A stretch of 64,000 nucleotides of DNA from Mobula birostris. Its lineage: Eukaryota. The notes under the pieces are model-generated. The model did no database searches. It had not been told where the DNA came from and was given only the letters and a program-made list of their open reading frames with translations. The position numbers and the translations under genes were made by a program. Positions 50,980 to 62,790 of the stretch are shown here, one piece after another (positions within the stretch are counted from its first letter, which is position 1; each line of letters begins with the position of its first letter). The DNA lies in assembly GCF_030028105.1 (NCBI RefSeq), contig NC_092374.1:61817377-61881376 (forward strand). Reading direction: 5' to 3'.

Positions 50980-51159
50980 ATAAATCCGCCAGAGACTGCG
51001 CGGCTGCAGGAAGCTCTCCCAGAACCTGGCCACAGGCCCTTTGCTGTCGGGAAGGACGGGTTCCCGGGGACTCAGCTCCTGATCCTTTAGCCATTGGCGC
51101 CGCAACTTCACCAGCTGCTCGAATCGCGCCTTCTCGTCCGGCGTGTAACCCAGCGGCAT
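50980..51159 (-). CDS. NDUFB6: NDUFB6 exon 1
   Basis: [60 protein letters not shown] then GTGAGT donor; matches human [36 protein letters not shown]. Confidence 0.96.
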
Positions 51160-51315
51160 CTCCACCACCTCCCGAAGCCGCAGCAGCAGCAGCGAACAAA
51201 CTGAGGTCACCGGGACAGCGCGACCACTCACCCGGGGCGCCCGTTGATGACGTCGCGGCGCCGCTCGGGCTCCCTGTTGCCCCCTGGCGACCAGGAGGAG
51301 AACAGAGCGCTGTCC
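51160..51315 (-). promoter_or_regulatory. NDUFB6 5'UTR and compact CpG promoter with CRE-like, AGGTCA half-site and CTCF-like motifs
   Basis: TGAGGTCA 51202-51209, TGACGTC 51248-51254, minus-strand TGGTCGCCAGGGGGCAAC 51276-51293. Confidence 0.55.
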
Positions 51316-51484
51316 ACCTTCACGCGAAATGCTGCGGGAGCTGAGCAGGTCGGGCAGCATCCGTGAAATTGAATAAACTATCGGACCAGACCCTTCTTCA
51401 GGACTGAAGTGGAAAGGGGAAGATGTCAGAATGTCAAAGCTGGGGGAAGGGAAGGTGATAGGTGAAGCCGTGGGTAAGAAAGGT

Positions 51485-52545
51485 ATCAGAATCGGGTTTA
51501 TTATCACCGGCATGTGACGTGAAGTTTAACTTCGCAGCAGCAGCAGTTCAATGCAATACATAATCTAGCAGAGAAAAATAATAAATAAAATCAAATAATA
51601 ATTAATAAACAAGTAAATCATTACCTATATTGAATAGATTTTTTAAAATGTGCAAAAACAGAAATGCCGTATATTAAAAAAAAAGTGAGGTAGTGTCCAA
51701 AGATTCAATGTCCGTTTAGGGATCGGATAGCAGAGGGGAAGAAGCTGTTCCTGAATCACTGAGTGTGTGCCTTCAGGCTTCTGTACCTCCGACCTGACGG
51801 TAACAGTGAGAAAAGGGCATGCCCTGGGTGCTGGAGGTCCTTAATAATGGACGCTGCTTTTCTGAGACACCACTCCCTGAAGATGTCCTGGGTACTTTGT
51901 AGGCTAGTACCTGAGATGGAGCTGACTAAATTTACAACCTTCTGCAGCTTCTTTCGGTCCTGCGCAGTAGACCCCTATACCAGACAATAATGCAGCCTGT
52001 CAGAATGCTCTCCATGGTACAACTATAGAAGTTTTTGAGTGTATTTGTTGACATGCCAAATCTCTTCAAACTCCTAAAAAAGTATAGCCGCTGTCTTGCC
52101 TTCTTTATAACTACATCGCTATGTTAGGACCAGGTTAGATCCTCAGAGATCTAGACACTCAGGAACTTGAAACTGCTCACTCTCTCCACTTCTGATCCCT
52201 CTATGAGGATTGGTGTGTGTTCCTCTGTCTTACCCTTCCTGAAGTCCACAATCAGCTCTTTCGTCTTACTGACGTTGAGTGCCAGGTTGTTGCTGCGACA
52301 CCACTCCACTAGTTGGCATATCTCACTCCTGTATGCCCTCTTGTCATCCCCTGAGATTCTACCAACAATGGTTGTACCATCAGCAAATTTGTAGATAGTA
52401 TTTGAGCTATGCCTAGCCACACAGTCATGTGTATATAGAGAGTAGAGCAGTGGGCTAAGCACACCCCCTGCGGTGCACCAGCGTGATTGTCAGTGAGGAG
52501 GACATGTATCACCAATCCACACAGATTGTGGTCTTCCGGTTAGAG
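51485..52545 (-). mobile_element. Rex1/Babar LINE 3' fragment
   Basis: [43 protein letters not shown]; tail aataaacccgattctgat; close paralog of 26370-27140. Confidence 0.9.
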
Positions 52546-53412
52546 CTGCAGAGGAAGGAATCTAATAGGACAGGAGAGTGGACAAACCACTTGTTGGGTC
52601 CTTTTGTCAAAGAATGAGACAGTTTGTGTTTCCTCACACTCACAGATAGAAAACCTGGGATATATTGGTCTTTGTAGTTGTATATTTGGTAATGAGGAAC
52701 TACTGAAACAAAATCTAAGATGGAGCCAGATCTCAACAGTAATCCTACTAATATCCAAATTCAAGATTAAGTTTATTCTCATACAAGTAGACTCAGTGGC
52801 CACTTTATTAGGTACATCTGTATACCTGCTCATTAATGCAAACATCAAATCAGCAAATCATGTGGCAACTCAATGTATAAAAGCATGCAGGTGTGGTCAA
52901 GAGCTTCAGCAAGTCAGGCAGCATCTATGGAAATGAAAAAAACACGGCGTTTTATGCTGAGGCCCTTCATCAGGACTGGAAAGGAAGAGGGAAGATGCCA
53001 GACTAAGAAAGTGGGTGTGGGAAAGGAGTATAAGCTAGAAGGTGACAGGTGAAGCCAAGAGGGTGTGGGAGGGGAGATGAAGTGAAAAGCTGGAAGGTGA
53101 TAGATGGAAAAGGTGAAGGATTGGAGAAGAAGGAATCTGATGGGAAAGGAGAGTGGATCAAGGGAGAAAGAGGAGGAGGGGCACCAGGGGGTGATGATAG
53201 GCAGGTGAGGAGAAGAGATAAGATGGGTTGAGGTGTTGTTCGTACCAAACACCAGAATGGGGACGAAATGTGATCTAAGTGGCTCTGACTGTGGAATGAT
53301 TGCTTGTGCTAGATGGAGTGGTTTGAGTATCTTCAGAACTACTGATCTGGGATTTTCACACACAACAGTCTCTAGAGTTTAATGGTGCAAAAAACCAAAA
53401 CATCCAGTGACT

Positions 53413-53609
53413 CACACAAGAAGTTCTGGTGAACGTCGCAGGCCAGGCAGCATCTATAGGAAGAGGCACAGTTGACGTTTCGGGCCGAGACCCTTTGCCA
53501 AAATGTCGACTGTACCTCTTCCCATAGATGCTGCCTGGCCTGCGGCGTTCACTAGAATTTTTTGTGTGTGTTGCTTGAATTTTCAGCATCTGCAGATTTC
53601 CTCATGTTT
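53413..53609. mobile_element. Penelope-derived fold-back mini-element
   Basis: ~70-bp inverted arms; TSD acatccagtgact 53400-53412 / acatccaatgact 53610-53622. Confidence 0.85.
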
Positions 53610-53787
53610 ACATCCAATGACTGGCGGTTCTGTGGGAGAAACTGCCCTTTTAATGAGACAGGTCAGAGGAACAGGCCAGTCTGATTCAAGCTGACAGGAA
53701 GGTGACAGTATCTCAAATAACCACATATTACAACAGTGGTGTGTAGAATTGCATCTCTAAATGCACAACATGTCAAACCTTTAAGAG

Positions 53788-53900
53788 CAACACACATCAA
53801 AGTTGCTGGTGAACACAGCAGGCCAGGCAGCACCTGTAGGAAGAGGTGCAGTCGACGTTTCAGGCCGAGACCCTTCGTCAGGACTAACTGAAGGAAGAGG
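53788..53900 (-). mobile_element. 113-bp Penelope pseudo-LTR mini-element
   Basis: Perfect 10-bp TSD CCTTTAAGAG 53778-53787 / 53901-53910; contains the hammerhead core. Confidence 0.85.
53850..53885 (-). ncRNA. Minimal type I hammerhead ribozyme
   Basis: AGUC (stem I) CUGACGA AGG-gucucgg-CCU (stem II) GAAAC GUC GACU (stem I'); all core nucleotides present; palindromic ACGU stem III as in Penelope-type minimal hammerheads. Confidence 0.75.
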
Positions 53901-54776
53901 CCTTTAAGAGGTTGGGCTACAGCAGGAGAAGACCTCAAATACATACTCAATGGCCACTTTATTAGTTACAGGAGGTAGCTAATAAAATGGTCACTGAGTG
54001 CACCTCCCCAAGGTAAAAAATCCCTGAATGTTAGTTTCTTACAGCAGCAGTACAGTACATTACAAACATAAGTTAACAGATTTAAAACAAGTTATACATA
54101 ACTTTATAATGTACATAAATCACATGTTAAAAACTGGAATATTCATAGCAACGTAGGTGTAAGTTAAGAGACCAAAATATAGCCTGACAGAGGGGTTTTC
54201 AGATTGGTTTCGAAGCTTGATGGCAGTGGGGAAAGAAGCTAGCTGTTGGTTCAGAGGAATGAGTTTGCAAGTCACTTGGTTAATTTACTGTAAATGTGCC
54301 TAATTTTTTTAAAAAAGCTAACAAAAAATGGGTAATTTGATAAATTGTTTTGTTAGTGTCACGCGTACCGAGGTGCAGTGGAAGTGTTTTGAATATCATC
54401 CCTGTAGGAGCCATGCATCTGTTCCCTGTCTGCTGTCTGCATTGTATTCTGTGCTGCGTCTTTATTATGTTTCTATGGGGGTCCAGGCGCAGGTCCATGG
54501 TCTCATGAGACTAACGGATGCCACCATGGTAGCCAGTCACATGAAGGGGGGAGCGTGGTAACAGTGAGGAAATGGAGGCATCGGTGCACTTCCTTGGCCA
54601 TGGCATCTATATGGTTAGACGGGACAGGTTGTTAGTGAAGTTCATTCCCAGGAATTTGAAGTTCTCAACCTTCTTGGCCTCAGCAACACAGATGTAAACA
54701 GAAACCTGTGCACCACCACCCACCTGCTGTCAATGACCAGCTTCCTTGTTTTGCTGACATTGAAGGAATTTTTTTT

Positions 54777-55400
54777 TCAGATTATGAAGACACGCGGTCC
54801 TCTTTTATTGTCATTTAGTAATGAATGCATTAAGAAATGATACAATATTTCCTCCGGTGTGATATCACAAAACACAGGCAGACCAAGACTGAAAAAACTA
54901 ACAAAACCACATAATTATAACATATAGTTACAACAGTGCAACAATACCATAACTTGATGAAGAAGTCCATGAGCACAGTAAAAAGTTCAAAGTCTGTCAA
55001 ATGTCCCACATCTCACGCAGATGGGAGAAGGAAGAAAACTCTCCCTGCCATGCCCGACCACAGTCCCACTCTCAGTCATCTGAAAACTTCGAGCCTCCGA
55101 TCAGCTCTCCGACACCGAGTACTGAGCGCCATCTCTGTCCAAACGATTTGACCTCAATCTCGGTCGCCAACAGCAGGTAAAGCCGGGGATTTTGAGGCCT
55201 TCCCTCCGGAAGATTCTCAATCGCGCAGTAGCATCAGCAGCGAGCGAGCGTTTCAGAAATTTCTCCATATGTTCCTCTGTGCTTTCACGTCCATCTCCAT
55301 CAAATCAGAATTGTCCACGGCCCCTATTTAACGGATATGATATCATTTTTCACCGGAGGGCTGCACACGTAGCATGTCACTGGGCTCCCTATCTCCTTAT
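54777..55400 (-). mobile_element. ~620-bp non-coding retro-element, copy 3, inserted in an old Rex1 remnant (~54600-55660)
   Basis: Colinear and highly similar to 47231-47850. Confidence 0.8.
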
Positions 55401-56879
55401 ACTCAGCTTCCATGTTATCTGAGGTTCAACTCACTACAGTGGTATCATCTGCAAACTTTGTAGATGGAGTTGATGCAGACTTGGCCACACAGTTGTGAGA
55501 GTATAAGGAGTAAAGTAGGCATCCTTATGGGGCAGCAGTGGTGAGGATAACTATGGTACAGGTGTTTCTGTCTGTCCTTACTCGTCTTAGCCTGTTGGCC
55601 CAGAAGTAAGAATCCAGCTGCAAAGGCAATTGTTGAATCCCAAGACCAGGAGTGACTTGCTATATAAAAAATGATCAAGTTTATGTGTTCTATTGAAAAC
55701 TCATCCAACTAAAATGTTAACAGTTTCTCTCTCCATCTATACTGCTTGACCTGCTGAAAAGTTTCAACATTTTTGTTTTATCGTTAGTTCATCAGCACCT
55801 TTCAGTGAAGGAAATCTGCCACCATAATTAGTTTGGGCCTCCTATGACCCAGAACAACATTAATGTGTTTGGCACTGAAACAGTCTAGCAAGCAACATGA
55901 TTAGAATTGGGGAGTAAACACTGGCTTGGCCAGCAAAGGCAAAGTTCCTTCTCTCATGCTCGTGGAATGTTTGTGCACGTTATTTGACACCTTCTTTCTT
56001 TCATGGGCTTAGTGTTAGTAACTCTGCAATGTACTTATTAACTCCACCTCTGGTCATAGTTTCCAATTTTGGTCGGACGTGTTCATCAAATTGCTTCCCA
56101 ACCCCCATATTTCCTCGTGATTGGTTGCTTGATGTATGCACTTTTATGATGCAGTTACTGCCCTTACATTGACCCCTTCAGTCACCTCCCCGTCCACCCG
56201 ACGTTACAACAGCCAGAACTGGCGCATCTCATCTGTCTTATTCATTTTAATGGGGCAATCCTAACAAACCAATACCACTGCCAACGACCGCACGGGTAGT
56301 TATCTTGCATGACACGCCCTCCGATCAATCCAGTAATAATGTTCCACAAAGGCCAAAGAAGTGTGTTCTGTCCTTTATTATCAACTCGCAAAGTATACAA
56401 TTGTGAAGCGTAATTAAGTGGTCAACAAAGGGTATGACACGCAGCAGTCCCCAGAACCAAATTGCTCAGGACAAAGCAGGGATGTGTAACTAAACCCTTT
56501 GCTTTTACTGTACAGTGCAGATAGAGAACAGATGCATGCCTCCTACACCAATGGATCGCAGTCAATTCCTCACTAATAATTATTTTAATTAATTATCAAA
56601 AGAATAATAAGTGGCATTTTGATGCTGCTTCTCATAAAGCACTTTACAGGTAATGGAACAAGTGTTGAGGGAGGACTGGAGAGGCCGTCGTATTCCATCT
56701 TGCTCGGTTCCAACGCGGCGGAACATGATCGGTGGGTTTGGGGTTGGATAAGGGCAAGAGTGTGGAGTTTGTTGGGAAGTGCTTGCCGACCTCACCATGA
56801 GATAAAAAGAGAGAAGTTTTATTGCATTGCTCTATCATCTTTTCAGTTACATCACAATAGACAAAACAGAGGAGACAAT

Positions 56880-57895
56880 TCTCTGGATCCTCGATCTTCT
56901 AACTGGAAGACCACAGACTGTGTGGATCAGTAATAACATCTCCACCTCGCTGATAGTCAACACTGGTGCACCTCAGCCATGTGTCCTGAGCTCTACTCTC
57001 TCTACACCCATCCCTGTGTGACTAACCACAGCTGAAATGGCATTTATAAATTTGCTGACAGCACAACAATTGTTGGCAGAATTTCAGATGGTGATGAGAG
57101 GGCATACGGGAGTGAGATAGATCAGCTGGTTGAGGGTGTCACAGCAGCAACCTTGCACTCAATGTCAGTAACACCAAAGACTGATTGTGCACTTCAGAAA
57201 GGGCAAAACAATGGAACACACACCAGTCCTCAGAGAGGGATCGGAAGTGGAAAGAGAGAGCATTTTCAAGTTCCTGGGTGTCAATGTCTCTTAGGACCTA
57301 ATGTGCGCCCAACGTATTGATGGAGTTACAAAAATGGGATGAGAGCGGCTATATTTCATTAAGAGTTTGAGGAGACTTGGTATGTCAACAAAGACACTCG
57401 CAAATTTCCACAGTGGTACTGTGGGGAGCATTCTGACTGGCCGCATCACCGTCTGGTATGAGGTGCAACTGCACAGGATTGAAATAAGCTGCAGATAGTT
57501 GTAAGCTTGGTCAGTTACATCATGGGCACTGACCTCCATAGTATCCAGGACATCTTCAGGGAGCGGTGCCTCAAGAAGGTGGCATCCATCATTAAGGACC
57601 CCCAGCACCCAGGACATGCCCTCTTCTCATTGCTACCATCAAGAAGGAAGTACAGGAGCTTGAAGGCACATACTCAATGATTCAGGAACAGCTTCTTCCC
57701 CTCTGCCATCAGATCTCTGAATGGACATTGAACCCATGAACACTACTACACTACTTCTCTTGCACTATTTATTTAATTTAACCAGTTTATACTGTAATTC
57801 ACAGATTTTATTATTATGTATTACATTGTACTGCTGCTGCAAAAACAACAAATTTCATGACATACGCCAGTGATATTAAACCTGATTCTGATTTT
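56880..57895 (+). mobile_element. Rex1/Babar LINE 3' fragment
   Basis: WILDLLTGRPQTV, NTGAPQPCVLS, YKFADSTTIVG; tail ttaaacctgattctgatt. Confidence 0.88.
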
Positions 57896-58199
57896 GATGT
57901 TCCAGAACTCACTTTACAGAGATATTGGTTGACTTGCAATATGGTAGTGTTAAGGTTTGTAGTCCAAAGGAACACCATGTCTGCAATGTGAGTGCTTCTG
58001 TTCTGAACTGGCACTGCAAATGCCAAATTGTTAGTTTTGAAATGCGCTCACCATTGGAAAAAATGACTGAAAAAGAAGGAAGCATAGGGAAATTGAGTCC
58101 TGTAGTTGTTGGTATATTGTATATTGTGAGGCTAACCAAAGATGATAAATATTGACCTCATGAGGGCGCCATATATCAAGCCATAGGGACAATATTATG

Positions 58200-59400
58200 A
58201 TCAGATCAGGTTTATCGTTACTGAATTGCATTTGAAATTTGTTATTTTGCAGCAAGTCATAAAGTCAAAGTCACTATAAGTAACAAAATAACTAAATATA
58301 TAAACGGTGCTAAGGAGGAATAGTGGGGTAGTGTTCATGGACCATTCAGACATCTGATGGTGGAGGGGAAGAAGCTGTTCCTGAAACATTGAGTGTGGCC
58401 CTTCAGGCTCCTGTGCCCCTTCCTTGGTGGTAGTAACGAGAAGAGGGCAGGCGCCGGAAGTGGGAGCCCTTAGTGATGGATGCCTTTTAAAGATGTCCCC
58501 GATGGTGGGGAGGGTTGTGCCTGTGATGGAGATGGCTGAATCTACAAGCCCCTGTAGTATGCTCCAAAGTAGTTCAGCACAGAATCAAGCCATATAGTCC
58601 AAGTTAATGTTTCTCATGAAACTCCTCACAGCCCATTCATAATATGCTTTGATGATATCCTTTAATAATGTCCTTTCTCTTGGCTTCCACAGCCTGAGTG
58701 GAATTATTTGGAAGATTGTACTTTTATTGAAAAACATTCTTCTACAAAGATCATGAATGCTGCTTTTTGAGGCATCTCTTTTTGAAGGGGTCCTCGATAC
58801 TGGGGAAGCTAGTGCCTATGATGGAGCTGATCGAGTTTCCAACTTTCCGCAGCATCCTTTGCAATGGCCCCTCCACACCAGACAGTGATGCAACCAGTTA
58901 GAATGCTCTCCATGGTACATCTGTAAAAATTTGTGAGTGTCTTTGGTAGCGTACCCATTCTCCTCAAGCTCCTAATGAAATATAGCTATTGTCACGCCTT
59001 CTTTGTAATTACATATATATGTTGGGACCCTTGAAATTGCTCACCCTTTCCGCTTCTGATTCTTCGATGAGGACTGATGTGTGTTCCCTTGACTTCCCTT
59101 TCATGCAGTCCTCAATCAATTCCTTGGTTTTACTGATATTGAGTGCAAGGTTGTTGTTGCGATACCACTCAGCCAGCTGATCTATCTCACCCACTTACGC
59201 CTCCACATCACCATCTGAAATTCTGCTAACAATAGTGGTGCCACTGGCAAATTTATAGATGGTGTTTGAGCTACGCCCAGCCACACAGTCATAGTGCAGC
59301 AGTGGACTAAACACACATCCTTGAGTTGTGTCAGTGTTGATTGTCAGTGAGGAGGAGATGTTATTTCTGATCCACACTGACTGTGGTCTCCCACTGAGGA
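58200..59400 (-). mobile_element. Two decayed Rex1 fragments (~58200-58555 and ~58755-59400)
   Basis: GRPQSVWIRNNISSSLTINT, NNLALNISKTKELI; tail near 58200. Confidence 0.75.
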
Positions 59401-60679
59401 TTAATTGGACCAGAGGTGCTTTAAACTGCGTCAAGCGATTCAGTAACCAGAGGATCCAAACTGAAGTGTCTGACAAAGGACACTAATTGTAGAAAACGAG
59501 AGCGATTTCAAGAAATGTGCTGCACAAGGATGATGGAAATAGTAGCTTCCAAAAAGGAAATGGATAAATAGTTGAATAAGAAAATAACACAGGGTGCTTC
59601 GGGTATGGGATGTGGGATTAATTGGAGAGAGTTGGAACAAACACAATGGGCCAAATAGCCACTTTTAGTGCTGAATGAGTACAACCAAAGAGCAACTTCT
59701 TCAGCTAATCACTCAACTCTATTGTTCTATGACCTCATGATGGAATGAATAGTTTTCCTCCATCCACTCCATCAAAACCCCTCATCATTTTGTAAGTTTT
59801 TGCCCCAGCTGCCCTCTCAGGACATGTGGCTCTTTCCTAAAGAAGAGCAGGTGGGTTCTTTTGGAGATCAGACCCTCACCGTCACAGATTTTTTGTTCCT
59901 TGCATTGTGCAACGTACCTTTTTGTTTTCTGTTTAGTGAGTACATTGGTAAGAGTTACATTGGATGTGACAGGAATGCAAATCTTTCCTTTATATTTCTT
60001 CTTCTGCATTGCTTTTATCTCCCTTTATCACAATAACTCTTTGGGTGCTGTCTCTGGAGAAAAAAAGGAAGCACAAACAAATCAGGTTAGGACTTATTAG
60101 TTGTGCTAATCAGATGGGTGCTTGGGCGAGCTGTACAATGCCTTGGGTTTTGCTTGTGCATATCATTTACATTAAAAACGGCCCCAGTCTGTAAACATAG
60201 CGAACATTTGCATATCAGGCGCTGTTCATTGCAATCGCAGCTGTTACAGCTCCTGCTTTATTTGCAGCACCCTCGGCAACATCACGTCAAATATTTCAGT
60301 AGCATTTAATTAGATACTGAAACGGCACCAGGAAGATTATTTTTCAGCAAAGGGGTAGGGTGACATTTGTATTGTTTTATTTCCATTAGCACAAGGCCTT
60401 TAAATCACGGCACAATGTCCCAAAGGCTTCAGCACAGTATTATTGAATAAAAATGGTCAGGGAGCCACTGAGGAAAGGTGAGGGCTAAAGGATCAGAGAG
60501 CTTACCAGGGAGGTGGAGAGGTTAGTGGAGAGAATTCAGGAACCTGGCACCTTGATAGTTGAAGGCACAGCTGACAATAACAAATAGAATAATGGACTGA
60601 AAGATTAAGCTACTGCCTTGACCATTGGAAGCAAGTGAAGATTTACCAGGCACTGCATGTCAGGGAATTCAGAAGCTGA

Positions 60680-60806
60680 TGCACACAAAATGTTAGAAAA
60701 ATTCAGCAGGCCAGGCAGCATCTATGGAAGCATTGCCTGCTGGGTTCCTCCAGCAATTTCTGTGTGTTGCTTTGGATCTCCAGCATCTGCAGATTTTCTC
60801 GTTTGT
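60680..60806. mobile_element. Penelope-derived fold-back mini-element
   Basis: Inverted arms gcacacaaaatgttagaaaaattcagcagg / cctgctgggttcctccagcaatttctgtgtgttgc; TSD aattcagaagctga 60666-60679 / aattcaaaagctga 60807-60820. Confidence 0.75.
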
Positions 60807-61344
60807 AATTCAAAAGCTGAACTAGTGAAAGAGACTGTGACTGGAATGTGGACCATGTAGTGTCCATTTCGCAGCCTTTAGATGGACCTGACCCATGGTT
60901 AGCCCTGACAGCTTCTCTGAGGATCTGGGTACTGACTGAAGCAGGCGTTTGGGCTTCTTATTTAAGTCAATGAGCGATTTCATTCCTGCCTTAGGACATC
61001 TTCCTCAAAACTGGTGAAACAGCTTGAGCCTGCCGAGCTGTGTGTAGGATAGAAATTCCCCATTACTTTAATAACTGTAAGGTTGACATGAGACTGAGAG
61101 GAAGGTATACAGGGAGGTGAATCGCCTATGTTTGTTCAGCCCTAGGGGTAGCATCTGTTCTTTGGAACAGAGATACCATAGTCTAAGAAGCCAGGATTCT
61201 TAAATATTGATCCAGGAACCTGAGTTCAAATCCCATCAGTGCAGCTTGGACATTTAAGTTCAAATAACTAAATTAATATTTACTTTTAATGAGGTCGGAT
61301 TACAATAAAAATGGAACTACTGTATTGTTGCTTACAAACAACAA

Positions 61345-62790
61345 GTACGTGGATGTAACAAAACACATTGATAAAGGTAGAGCAGTGGATGTAATGTTTA
61401 TGAATTTCAGTAAGGCACTTGATAAGGTTCCCCATGCGAGGCTCATTCAGAAAGTAATGAGGCATGGGATCCAAGGAGACCTTGCTTTGTGGATCCAGAA
61501 TTGGCCACAGAAGGGAAAGGGTGTTTGTAGATTGTTCGTATTCTGCATGGGGGACATTGACTAGTGGTGTTCTGCAGGGATCTGTTCTGAGACCCCTCCT
61601 CTTTGTGATTTTTATAAATGACCTGGATGAGGAATCAGAAGGGTGGGTTAGTAAATTTGTTGATGACAAAAAAGTTGGGGGTGTTGTGGATAGTCTGGAG
61701 GGTTGTCAGAGGTTACAGTGGGACATCGATAGGATGCAGAACTGGGCTGAGAAGTGGCAGATAGACTTCAACCCAGATAAGTGTGAAGTGGTCAAATTTG
61801 AAGACAGGATAGAATACTAATAATAAGATTCTTGGCAGTGTGGAGGATCAGCGAGATCTTGGAGTCCATGTCTATAGGACACTTAAAGCTGCTGCACAGG
61901 TTGACAGTGTGGTTAAGAAGGCGTATTGTGTGTTGGCCTTCATCAACCATGGAATTAAGGTCAAGAGCTGTGAGGTAATATTACAGCTATATAAGACCTT
62001 AGTTAGACTCCACTTGGAATATTGTGTTCAGTTCTGGTCACCTCATTACAGGAAGGATGTGGATACTATAGAGAGAGTACAAAGGAAATTTACAAGGATG
62101 TTGCCTGGATTGGAGAGCATGCCTTATGAGAATAGTATGAGAGAGTGGTGGATATGTGGAATGCTCTGCTCCAGAAGACAGTGGAGGCCAAGTCTCTGAA
62201 TGTTTTCAAAGAAGAGATGGATAGAGCTCTTAAAGGTAGCGGAATCAGGGGTTATGGGGATAAGGCAGGAACTGGATACTGATTGTGGATGATCAGTCAT
62301 GATCACAGTGAATGGCGGTGCTGGCTCGAAGGGCCGAATGACCTACTCCTGCACCTATTGTCTATTGTCTATAATAGGTTGAGAGAACTTGGCCTTTTCT
62401 CCTTGGAGCCACAGTGGATGAGAGGTGGCCTGATAGAGGTGTATAAGATGATGAGAGGTATTGATTGTATGGATAGCCAGAGGTTTTTTCCCAGGGCTAA
62501 AATGGCTAACACGAGGGGGCATAGTTTTAAGTGGGTACAAGGGGGATGTCAGAGGTAACTTTTTTTACACAGAGAACGGTGAGTAAGTGGAATGTCACTG
62601 CCAGCGAAGGTGGTAGAGGCAGATACAATAGGGTCTTTTAAGAGACTCTGAGATAGGTACATGGAGCTTAGAAAAATAGTGGGCTACATGCTAGGGAAAT
62701 TCTAGGCAGCTTCTAGAGTAGGTTACATGGTTGGCACAACATTGTGGGCCAAAGGACCTGTAATGTGCTGCAGATTTCTATGTCCTATGT
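61345..62790 (+). mobile_element. CR1 LINE RT-to-tail fragment with a nested CR1 3' end at 62136-62372
   Basis: AVDVMFMNFSKALDKVPH, SGVLQGSVL, SKFVDD, LEYCVQFWSPHYRKD; the nested piece has a (tctattg)n tail and TSD AATAG 62131-62135 / 62373-62377. Confidence 0.9.

Larger units (their letters stand above)
52791..54000 (+). mobile_element. Internally deleted Tc1-like element hosting three Penelope-derived insertions
   Basis: TIRs actcagtggccactttattaggtac / gtagctaataaaatggtcactgagt; transposase N-terminal remnant MGTKCDLSGSDCGMIACARWSGLSI from 53258. Confidence 0.8.

Noticed and set aside
51370-51410. Further hammerhead-like motifs here and at ~4280, ~52945 and ~63130
   Set aside because: Core nucleotides (CUGANGA or GAAA) are mutated or deleted; treated as dead copies
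50962-51513. 183-aa ORF as an extended NDUFB6
   Set aside because: The upstream part runs through Rex1 tail, Penelope and promoter sequence; homology starts at ATG 51159 and ends at the donor at 50979
59821-59850. Possible 30-nt plus-strand micro-exon (ctctcAG ... CAG|GTGGGT)
   Set aside because: No partner exons or recognisable protein; such splice-like pairs arise by chance
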